Assembly (NCBI GenBank): GCA_963729045.1
Contig: CAVSMN010000010.1
Location: 64,001 to 128,000 of the forward strand
Length of the DNA stretch: 64,000 bases
Source: an uncultured Nitrososphaeraceae archaeon
Lineage (GTDB): Archaea > Thermoproteota > Nitrososphaeria > Nitrososphaerales > Nitrososphaeraceae
Direction of reading: 5' to 3'
Below, one piece after another: positions 54,984-64,000 of this stretch. Position 1 is the stretch's first letter. Every line of letters begins with the position of its first letter. The position numbers and the translations under genes were made by a program. The notes below the pieces were generated by a model. The model did not search any database and was not told the DNA's origin. It worked only from the letters and a program-made list of their open reading frames with translations.

Positions 54984-55307
54984 CTTTCAATTATTTCATG
55001 TAAAACATCCTCATATTGATTCAATTTGATTAGTTGAAAACAACAGGATCAATTAAATATTTTGAGGACGATTAGCTAAAGATTGATAAAATCATCAGAT
55101 CTTACAAAAATATATTAAGAATAAAATGCAACGTGAAGGATTTGAGCTTGACTACAATCTGACTGCAAATATTAATTATTTAAAGGATCATTATTCGGGA
55201 GAGCAAAGAATACCAATCAAATCTAGAATACGATATACGATGACTACATTTACTAAAACAAGATACAGATGGATATTTATTGCCAAAATAACAAAAGAAT
55301 TTGTTCT

Positions 55308-55571
55308 CTACATGCATTCATTTAAAACTATATCTATTTTGTCCTTTATTTGAAAAAGATTTTTCTTATTGACGGTAATACTATGAGATTCGATAAAGTT
55401 TTCGCCCCCATAAACTTGATGAACTATTGAATACTGATTCTCAAACATATTGTCTCCTTTATGTTGCTTGTAAAGATCATTAACTTCAATAATCCAACGG
55501 ATTTTATTTTCTTCTCCTGATGTACTTTCTTGTGAGATCACGAACGATATTGTAAGGTGGCTAAACTTCAT
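55308..55571 (-). CDS. Hypothetical protein
   Basis: 87-aa ORF only. Confidence 0.35.
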   Translation of the reverse strand: MKFSHLTISFVISQESTSGEENKIRWIIEVNDLYKQHKGDNMFENQYSIVHQVYGGENFIESHSITVNKKNLFQIKDKIDIVLNECM

Positions 55572-55864
55572 TTATTTGTATCCACCCAAAGATCTTTATT
55601 TTCATAATCAATATGAACCAATTTTACTGATTATAATGTCCTATCTATTCTATCCAAAAGTGCAAAGTACAGGATTTGAAGCCGATCCTTCCTGCAGTAT
55701 TCGTTATCTAATTAAGTATTTCTTTAAGAAGGTGTATATTCTTGATATGGTAGTATTTGATTCTAGAGTATTAAACAAAATGATCTGAAACCACATAGAT
55801 ATATCCATTTGGTCTAGAACCATCTAAATTGTTGATTTTAGTAAAAAAAGATGGAATAAATTAT

Positions 55865-56281
55865 TTACTTGCAGTGACCTTTTGACCAGCCAACACTGTA
55901 TCCTTTAGCATAATCCCCTGATCCTGGAGAATATCCCCAGCAGTGATTATGATCCCACCAGCCCTGTTGGCATCCTTTTATCCAATTCTGAGACTTTCCA
56001 GAGTATTCTGTGCAATAATGGGGTGAGCTTTTGCATTCTCCTTTATTCCATCCAACTTTGTATCCCTTGGCTACCTCGCCGGTCCCTGGGTTGTAACTTT
56101 TGCAATGGTCATGATCATACCAACCTTGTTTACATCCTTCTACCCATGCGTTTGACTTTCCTATTTCATCTGCACAATAATGTGAAGCAGCATCTACAGA
56201 TTTATTGACGACCAATGATGGAGCGACGGCGATTGATATTGCAACAAGTGCTATTGCGAGTATCTTTATATTAGTATCCAT
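55865..56281 (-). CDS. Secreted protein with two Cys/Trp/Gly-rich repeats of about 52 aa
   Basis: Signal MDTNIKILAIALVAISIAVAPSLVVNKSVDA; HYC...WxxGCxQGWxDHxHC..YxPGxGxxAKGYxVGWxKGxCK twice. Confidence 0.8.
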   Translation of the reverse strand: MDTNIKILAIALVAISIAVAPSLVVNKSVDAASHYCADEIGKSNAWVEGCKQGWYDHDHCKSYNPGTGEVAKGYKVGWNKGECKSSPHYCTEYSGKSQNWIKGCQQGWWDHNHCWGYSPGSGDYAKGYSVGWSKGHCK

Positions 56282-57161
56282 TAAATTGTTCATATAATTT
56301 GGGCATATAAAAGCATTTTTGGGTCCTTTTGAATTATACATGTCATCTGATGTTACTCCAATTCTCAAAGATGTTGTAAATATGATAGAGTATGGAAGTC
56401 CACAAGGTTATGAATATCATTTAGATTATCAGCAATTGTTTGGATCCAATATGTGGTAAGAATAGAAAAAGTCCAATAAATAAAGAAAATTATAGTATTG
56501 ATTTTTCCTCTGGATCAACAAGGATGAACCCTTTATTTGAACCCGATTCTTTTTTATTCATATCAAATGAACAATGACTATTGCCTTGTATTATTTCATG
56601 AATCATTAAATCTTAATTTTGGAAATTATTGACAATTCTTAAATAATTCATTTGGCTAGAGTTAAAATACAATCAATAAAACAAATTCTGGTAGCATTCT
56701 AACTCTCATAATAGTAGCAATAGTAGTAGCGATTATGTCGACAATGATCATCACAAGTCCGATGAAAATTGCTAACGTAGATACGCAAAATATGGATACT
56801 TATAGTCACACTCTATATGGTAATAATGTAGTATGATACTGTTTAATTGACCTTGATACTGCGAAAAAGTGGTATAGTACATATTGAAATAATAATACTA
56901 ACCTACCAAGTGCGTACATACCGACTTCGGAAGAAAATACCGATGGCTGAGATAACACTAATCCAAAGGACGGTGGAGGAGTACAAGTAACCTACATTTA
57001 GAGCAATTCGTGTGGCTCAAAAGGAGGTGTTGATTCGGACAAAATCAATAGCGGTGCAATTTTTGATTAAAAAGAATATCGCAAAAACATTGGAATAAAC
57101 AACATTTTTTTATTTTAATAATCTAAAAAATATAAAGAGCGGGATTTGAGCCCCGTAAATG

Positions 57162-57509
57162 TCATAAATTCCTTATCTTGTCAATTAGATCTAGTGAATT
57201 AGATCCAACATCAGTAGTGATATAGAGCAAGTGACTCTCGTCAAATGGCATGGTTATACGCTTTATCTTTTCGTACTCCGCTAGAACATATTTTCCTTTT
57301 CCTATCTTTGAAGCCAATTTACTTCGTGTTTTCCATGCGTTAATGGCCAACTGCAAGGATTCCTGACTCTCTTCTTTTGATAATAAATTTGTAGTTCCGG
57401 GATTATGCTCCGAATACAGGATCTTTTCATCCTTTGTATCAAATATTGTTACAAACCTTATTGCAGAATCCATACCCAATATCCTTTTTCCTAGTTCATT
57501 GTATTCCAA
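57162..57509 (-). CDS. Roadblock/profilin-like small protein (DUF6659-like)
   Basis: ILGMDSAIRFV, LLSKEES, IGKGKYVLAEYEKIKRITMP. Confidence 0.75.
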   Translation of the reverse strand: MEYNELGKRILGMDSAIRFVTIFDTKDEKILYSEHNPGTTNLLSKEESQESLQLAINAWKTRSKLASKIGKGKYVLAEYEKIKRITMPFDESHLLYITTDVGSNSLDLIDKIRNL

Positions 57510-58624
57510 TAGTACAACTTTGTATCATACTTTTTTATAAACATTCTCTAAATAATATATATTTTTAATTAATAACATCTAAAATAAGTATTATTTGTAA
57601 ATTTCATATAAATATTTGTAAAAATAATAATATGATTGAAAATACATTACTAATTCATTTTTTATTTCGATTTAATTGCAATTTATTGAATCTAGTAATA
57701 AAGTAAAATTTCAACACCAAAATCATACATAATTAAGAAAAATCAAATCATAAACTAAAGATGCAAAGGTGTTGGATTTGAACCCGCGATCCCTTAAGAT
57801 CTCTTTGACTAGATAATCGATCAACACCTTGCGATTAGACATTCAAGATATGCATTACCAATAAGTAGTAAGTAGTAATATACAATTTTGTTCAAAGTCA
57901 TATGCTAAAGGAAGCTGAAGACAATACATCTCATCTCTACGGTAACTGACAATATGATAATCTCCCCTTATGATCACGAGTTATCATATGTTGATTTTGT
58001 ACTGAAATTATTAAAAGTAAAAGATATCTTGATATTATTGACCGTTACAGATCAGAGTTGGTGCTGAAATCCACACACCATTGAGTCCATCCTGTTGAAA
58101 AGGGAAGTGTGGAAAGAGTTACGGGCAATTGACATTAAGCAATAACGCGACTATAGAAGGAGCAATAGAATTCCAGATCAAAGAATCAAGCTACATTGAG
58201 GAAATCATGTTTGAATTTGTTATAGAATATTCTCATACTCGATATAGAATATATGACTCCACTTTAAGCTTCTAGAGAATATCACATGCAATTGCTTATA
58301 CTATTCGATTAGCAGCGGAATGACTGGACAAGTTAGACTATTTGAGATATAATTGCACTGGAAATATGAAACTAATCCTGAGATTTTTATATAACGAATT
58401 ATAGTAACAAAGTTATGAAAATGAATGCCAAGATGATCTCCTCGCATTTTATATCCTATATTATGAGCGCTAATGATTAGGACATCATAAAGAATAAGTT
58501 ACTATGGTAAGAATCTAAAAGTATGAGACATTTAGTTATCATTATCTATACCCCAAATGAAACAAAGATAAATGAACAAAATAAAGTAAAAAGTATATAC
58601 GAAACTTATTCTTTAATGCTATGC

Positions 58625-58780
58625 ATGGCAAAAATGATCAGTTGCCCATGTGGTTGGACACTTATATCTCCCCAAGGAAATGACGATATAAAAAAGCACA
58701 TACAAATACATGCTAAGGATCATCATCCTGGCTTAACCGAGACAGAGGATGAAGTTGAAAAGATGATTAAAACAGTTTAA
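58625..58780 (+). CDS. DUF1059-like small metal-binding protein
   Basis: MAKMISCPCGWTL...HIQIHAKDHHPG. Confidence 0.7.
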   Translation: MAKMISCPCGWTLISPQGNDDIKKHIQIHAKDHHPGLTETEDEVEKMIKTV

Positions 58781-58845
58781 TGTTTAGCCAATGATGGACC
58801 GTGGATAGTATTATGACATCAAATTGCCTTCACGAACTGCAAATT

Positions 58846-59787
58846 TTATCTAGATTTTGACTCAGTCATGATTTTCTGATCTATCAAGTCGTCCATCCAA
58901 TTTTGCCTTTTCGGTTCGACAATTTCTTTAAATATAAAAAGGGAGCAAGATCTAACACCTTCTAGTTTCAATACGTTTACATATGCTTCTTCAGGCTCTG
59001 CAAGAGTAAAAGCAAAAAGATTAGCAAGCAAGATCTTCTCTGCTATGGTTCGTACAGACCAAAGCTTATCTGCATATATTTCCCTTAAATGCTTGATAAT
59101 TTTGTATCGGCTTGCTGCATCGACTGACAACTCCAGTTCATAAAATATTAAACCTTGTTGTTTCTGGCTATTTATTATTGCTCGTACTATTAACATATCC
59201 GAACCCAAGAGTTTTGTAATCCTATATCGAACCATCCTCGGAGTAATTGATAATGAGTCAGAGATCTCGTTGATTCCGGATAGTGCATTATATCGAAGCT
59301 TTTGAATAAGTTTCCAGTCTAACTTGTCCGGAATGATTAGTGGTTTTTTTATTGCACAACTTCCAAGCCTCCACTTAAATAATTCAAATCTATTGGCTAT
59401 TTCTATGGCTACTTGATCTATCTCCTCAGAGGAACCGCCTGTGATACTAATAGATACTATATTCCCTAGATAGTCAACTATATCGACAATAAATGGAAGT
59501 CCATGAGCATATTTTATAACTCCGTGTTTGGTGGCAATATTTAACGCTTCGAATCGATAGGTATTAATATTTTTGAATTCAAAGAAGCCCAGCCTGGGCA
59601 TAGCCTGATAGTATTTTATAAATCCGTCATTTTCCATTTTCTTTACTCTTGATCGAACTGTCTTCTCATCTAATCCAAGCTTCCTTCCAATCGCTGAAGG
59701 ACTAACTCTCCTATCTGTAAACGAGTCATAATCGATTCCTTTGAATGCTATTTCGCAGAAGATCCATACGTCTTTGGCATCCATCAA
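58846..59787 (-). CDS. Tandem Lrp/AsnC-type transcriptional regulator
   Basis: Two HTH units: IGRKLGLDEKTVRSRVKKM and DKLDWKLIQKLRYNA...ITPRMVRYRITKL. Confidence 0.85.
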   Translation of the reverse strand: MMDAKDVWIFCEIAFKGIDYDSFTDRRVSPSAIGRKLGLDEKTVRSRVKKMENDGFIKYYQAMPRLGFFEFKNINTYRFEALNIATKHGVIKYAHGLPFIVDIVDYLGNIVSISITGGSSEEIDQVAIEIANRFELFKWRLGSCAIKKPLIIPDKLDWKLIQKLRYNALSGINEISDSLSITPRMVRYRITKLLGSDMLIVRAIINSQKQQGLIFYELELSVDAASRYKIIKHLREIYADKLWSVRTIAEKILLANLFAFTLAEPEEAYVNVLKLEGVRSCSLFIFKEIVEPKRQNWMDDLIDQKIMTESKSR

Positions 59788-60058
59788 TTTTCCCTGAACT
59801 ACCTGGCTAAAAAATTTAAATAAAAATTGTTATCCATGATTGATGCATTGGCGATAGACGCAATGTCTATCAATTAATATGTAAAATACGGGTGTCAAGC
59901 TCCCGGCATTTATTTACCAATCTTGCACCTTGTATCTATATAATGAAACAAGAAACAATATCATCGGTACCCTTTCAATTGGAGATGGTCGAATCTCTTA
60001 AAAGGGCACCTAAGTATCACACAAGGTTCTGTTAATTATACAGGAGAAGTGGAAACAA

Positions 60059-61117
60059 ATGGTAGTAAATGAAATAAAGTTGCAGGAATTCATTGGAAGG
60101 ATCATAAATGACTGGGGAGCTGCAGAAGGAGCTTTGATCACTTTTGTTGGCGACAGGCTTGGATTGTTTAAAGCTATGGCGGGAGAAGGTGAACTGGCAC
60201 CTGAAGAACTAGCAAAGAAGACAAACACACATCCACGAATGATTAGAGAATGGCTAGCCAGTCAAGCTGCTGGAGGTTATGTCATTTACAACAGTAACAC
60301 CAGGAAATTCTTTTTGCCCGAAGAACATGCACTGGCACTGACTGATGAAAATAGTCCTGCATATGTCTCTGGATTTTACCAATCAATAGTAAGTCTTTTC
60401 AAAGATGAGGAAAAAATTATAGAGGCATTCAAGACTGGAAAAGGTCTAGGATGGGGGGATCATCATCATTACTTGTTTGAAGGAACTGAAAGGTTTTTCA
60501 AACCTAATTACATAGCGAATCTAACACAAAAATGGATTCCAGCTCTTGATGATGTCGAAATCAAGCTAAAAAATAGAAAATGCAAGATAGCGGATGTGGG
60601 ATGTGGTCATGGAGCATCAACAATCATGATGGCAAAAGCATATCCAAATTCAAGTGTTATAGGATTTGATTCACATAAGCCATCTATTGAATGGGCCAAA
60701 AAGCGGGCAGTAGAAGAGGGTATAATGAACATTACATTTGAAGTGGCAAAATCATCAGATTATCCAGGAGACGATTATGATTTGGTTACCTTCTTTGACT
60801 GCTTCCACGACATGGGTGATCCATTAGGTGCAGCCAAACATGTTTGTCAAACCTTAAAGAAAAAGGCAGGCACATGGATGCTAGTAGAACCATTTGCCAA
60901 TAATCAATTAGAGGATAATCTAAATCCTCTTGGAAGGGTGTTTTATTCGGCATCTTCTCTGATTTGCGTTCCGGCATCTTTGAACGAAAATGGACCGGCA
61001 TTGGGAGCTCAAGCGGGTGAACAAAAAACAATGGAGATAATGAAAACGGCAGGATTCTCAAAGATCCGTTGTGCTACTCAAACACCATTCAACTTGGTCC
61101 TAGAGGCACGACCATAA
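60059..61117 (+). CDS. SAM-dependent methyltransferase with N-terminal wHTH (Rv2258c-like)
   Basis: GDRLGLFKAM, REWLASQAAGGY, ADVGCGHG, FDCFHDMGDP, LGAQAGE, TPFNLVLEARP. Confidence 0.92.
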   Translation: MVVNEIKLQEFIGRIINDWGAAEGALITFVGDRLGLFKAMAGEGELAPEELAKKTNTHPRMIREWLASQAAGGYVIYNSNTRKFFLPEEHALALTDENSPAYVSGFYQSIVSLFKDEEKIIEAFKTGKGLGWGDHHHYLFEGTERFFKPNYIANLTQKWIPALDDVEIKLKNRKCKIADVGCGHGASTIMMAKAYPNSSVIGFDSHKPSIEWAKKRAVEEGIMNITFEVAKSSDYPGDDYDLVTFFDCFHDMGDPLGAAKHVCQTLKKKAGTWMLVEPFANNQLEDNLNPLGRVFYSASSLICVPASLNENGPALGAQAGEQKTMEIMKTAGFSKIRCATQTPFNLVLEARP

Positions 61118-61944
61118 TCCACCTATTCCTTTCAATATTTGGAGAGTAATAGGACAATCAACCAAGAAGGGGTATTGATAATGACGATCGGAAAATAGCC
61201 TAGGATAAATTGATCTTTCTTCGAGAGCAACAGTGATGAACCTCTCTATTGGAATCCGCAATCTGTGACTAGAAAGAACCTTATATGAATAACGTTCCAG
61301 ATTTAGATTCCAAATCATCAAAAGGTTTTATGAAATATCTGGAGTTTCGAAAGATTGAACCAAAGACAATTAATAAAACTATTTAGAAATACTCTAAAAT
61401 ATCATATCATATATTTTATGAAAGAAATGGAGTTGAACTTACTACTTATTACATCCAATCTAGCAAATATCGATTCAAAAGTTCTGAATAGATGCACCAT
61501 AGCAAATATTTTTGAATTCATGTTAGAGTAGACTCATCCCAGGGTTAAACCACTACCAAGTCTTAAAGTTGAGACAAACAAAACAATGTAGTTTTCTATT
61601 GTGGAGAGATTCTTTAAGTTTAAATTCTGTATTGCATTTGTCACAAATCAATTATATTGCCAATTAAAAACAATTATCAACAATATTAATCTTATTAATA
61701 ATGTGACTGATTAATCAAGTAGTCAAATAAGAAATAATCGTCAAATATGTAGTCAAGAGATGAAAATGACAGGAATGGTACTATTACATCATTTTTAAAA
61801 TCTATAATTGTTTATGCTGTGGATTCACTTCACCATCGTCATAACAGTTAAAAGTGATTATATGGGGTTTCTGGTTTATTTCTAACCTCTTTAAGTAGTT
61901 TCTTAATACTATAGAGCTGTTGTTTTAATTAAGTACTATATATT

Positions 61945-62133
61945 TTAGGAGCCAACCAATCGCTTACCGCAATAAGGACAAAACATTAAAGGTGCGCTGG
62001 CAATATTGCCTTCAAACATTAGATAGTAAACTCCTTTATGATCTCCTGAATACTTAAAAATCTCTGTATCATGTCTAATGCATTCACTTTCATATTCTTC
62101 TTTAAATTTCTCACAACAAAATTCTCTAGTCAT
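61945..62133 (-). CDS. Small Cys-rich protein
   Basis: MTREFCCEKF...MFCPYCGKRL. Confidence 0.6.
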   Translation of the reverse strand: MTREFCCEKFKEEYESECIRHDTEIFKYSGDHKGVYYLMFEGNIASAPLMFCPYCGKRLVGS

Positions 62134-62485
62134 TCTTCCTTGCTCACTCCACAGAATGGACAAAACTTTAGGAGTATATAAACAAGATTGCAAATCTCTT
62201 TTTTGATATACGAGTAGAAAATTAACCAGGACTCCAAAGTCAGTAATCATTCTAAGAACAAAGAGTGGAAAGTGTGGACTAGTCAAACATTAATCAATCT
62301 TATTAAATAAAATAGAAAGTGAGTTTGGTTTGGTTTGATAGTAGGCTTTTGTAAATATACCATATCTTATTCAAATTAATAACAATTCAGATATACAAAT
62401 GATTTTGGTGTAACTATTATTGTTCTAAGAAATTAGTATAGAAGGCTATTTTGGGATTGGGGAAGCCATAGGAATTATTGGTACT

Positions 62486-62890
62486 TTGTTTGTCGTTCTT
62501 TATTTTTCTAGAAAACAAATGCAAAGCCTATCGGTTGATCTTGAAGCAAAAATTCTACATGATTTGGATGATAAGATAAATGGATTAACAAGAATGATGG
62601 TGGATGATCCAGAACTAATCAAGATTGTGAGTAAATCGGAATCACATTTTACACCAGATTTAGCATTTAGTTACCATGTGTTATATACATTTGCACATGT
62701 TTTTCATATGCGACAACGTGGAGTAGTTAGGGATAATGAATGGACTGGATGGAGTAGATATATAACATCTGCATTTCAACATGGTAATATATATGAAATA
62801 TGGAAAAATAACATAGAATTAGAAAAATGGTTCGACCCTGATTTTCAAAAATTCATTAATGATGAAATAATCCCTGCCATTAGGAAGTAG
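62486..62890 (+). CDS. Hypothetical protein with N-terminal TM (true start probably ~60 nt upstream)
   Basis: In-frame upstream GYFGIGEAIGIIGT extends the TM; C-terminal WFDPDFQKFI. Confidence 0.65.
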   Translation: MFVVLYFSRKQMQSLSVDLEAKILHDLDDKINGLTRMMVDDPELIKIVSKSESHFTPDLAFSYHVLYTFAHVFHMRQRGVVRDNEWTGWSRYITSAFQHGNIYEIWKNNIELEKWFDPDFQKFINDEIIPAIRK

Positions 62891-63255
62891 ATAATTTGAA
62901 AATTTTTTTAATTCAATTATCTAAAAAGTAAAATCTCCTTATTTAAACCCACTTGATATTATCCTAGAGAGCCTGACGTGGGTAACATTAAGAATACTAT
63001 TTAAGATCTAAATCGTACATTAGGGTTTTTTCTTTTAGATGTTGTATAGACAGGACACAGAAATGTTGTAAGAAAACTTATCTTTTAGTCTTTAGAAAAA
63101 TCAAAGTTTATTGATTTAGTTATATTTATTTTGTAATGCGGTATTTGTTTATTAATTCATTAATAAGATTGTTTTCGGTTTTATTATTCATTATTAAGTG
63201 TCTAGATGATTTGTTTGTTCAGGATTTATATAACCATCAAACAGTGTGGGACTAT

Positions 63256-63643
63256 ATGATCTCCCCCGCATCCGTAATGGTGGTGGATGATGAAAAAGAC
63301 CAGACAATTCTTTTTAGTCTATTTCTGGCGAGATTTGGATTTGACTCAATTACGTTTAACGATCCATTAGTAGCACTCAAACATTATGGCCAATATAACA
63401 AAAGATACTCATTGGTACTTGTAGATTGGAATATGCCTAAAGATCGACGGATTAGGGCTTGCTAGAAAAATAAGAGAACATAATTCCAAAGTGAAAATCA
63501 TTTTGATTACAGCCTACTTTATTGGCGACATTTTTGCAAAGGATGAGTTTAAAGAAGTTAAAATAGCAGACGTAATTCAAAAGCCGATAGTACTTACGGA
63601 ATTTGGACGACGAATAAACTTGCTTTATCCAAAGAAGAAATAG
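63256..63643 (+). CDS. Single-domain response regulator; +1 frameshift near 63441
   Basis: VMVVDDE, VLVDWNMP, then IDGLGLARKIRE, ILITAY, IQKPI. Confidence 0.85.
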
Positions 63644-63744
63644 ATTTACTAATAGCAACCCGATGGACAAACAGATTATCAGAGGGGAACAAATTGGTTC
63701 AAATCCCATAGCATATTTTCAAATTCTTTATGTAAGTTTATTAA

Positions 63745-63797
63745 GTGAGATGTGGGGAATTTGAATCCCCAATGCTTGTCGCCTCAGGATTCTAAGC
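63745..63797 (-). pseudogene. Degenerate 3' half of a long-variable-arm tRNA (Leu-TAG-like)
   Basis: Minus strand GCTTAGAATCCTG-AGGCGACAAGCATT-GGGGA-TTCAAAT-TCCCC-ACATCTCAC: perfect T-arm, no recognisable 5' half. Confidence 0.5.
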
Positions 63798-64000
63798 GAT
63801 TAGGAGGCATTAGTATAAAGACTATTAATGCAGGTGAAATGATATACTATAGTCAAAAGACCTCAGAAATATGGTACTTGACAATGGCAATGATAACATC
63901 AATACTGATTGGCAGTAACAACGAAGAATAGTTCAAATGATGAAGTTAACGATGCAACTCAACTCAAAGATTAGGTCGGTCACAATCAACCAATGAATAA

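Noticed and set aside
13652..57878. Short microsatellites (CAATTA near 13654, GAA near 24384, ACATTTT near 39804, GATAAAT near 45005, AAGTAGT near 57862)
   Set aside because: Two to five copies in AT-rich spacers; expected from slippage and no functional evidence
517..63709. Many short antisense or overlapping ORFs in the track (e.g. 517-699, 2582-2785, 4739-4996, 11990-12292, 23091-23855, 35264-35704, 60786-61061)
   Set aside because: Shadow ORFs opposite well-supported genes, with no motifs
63690..63710. Plus-strand GGTTCAAATCCC as a tRNA
   Set aside because: No pairing T-stem or cloverleaf around it

Overview
AT-rich archaeal chromosome segment, most consistent with an ammonia-oxidising Nitrososphaeraceae member (Ca. 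Nitrosocosmicus-like). This is inferred from gene content: the rps15-DHH-pcc1-serS operon, a Rieske/cytochrome b/cupredoxin complex III, a TFB paralog, MEDS proteins, a secreted gamma-carbonic anhydrase and leaderless TATA promoters. Positions ~1-16.4 kb and ~22.9-37.5 kb are mostly core genes: AcnX and UbiD of the archaeal mevalonate pathway, TtuA, complex III, rhomboid, an intron-containing tRNA-Asp, malic enzyme, a CarH-like B12-binding protein, FBPase/IMPase, HerA, Rad50 and Mre11. Positions ~16.4-22.7 kb and ~37.5-64 kb are low-density accessory regions with small secreted proteins, Zn-binding microproteins, orphan receivers, VOC proteins, methyltransferases, pseudogenes and tRNA-like scars. 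Many genes, including essential ones, are split by single-base indels (mostly +1), probably read or assembly errors. No CRISPR array, rRNA, transposase or integrase was recognised. The best leads are a family of secreted Gln/Asn-rich curlin-like proteins, an RHH-sensor/methyltransferase locus with twin palindromic operators, a CarH-like protein with a non-MerR N-terminus, a rhomboid with an Hsp20-like tail, an orphan multi-ubiquitin domain, poly-Gly-tailed microproteins and a Cys/Trp-rich two-repeat secreted protein. All family assignments come from motif recognition by eye, not from database searches.
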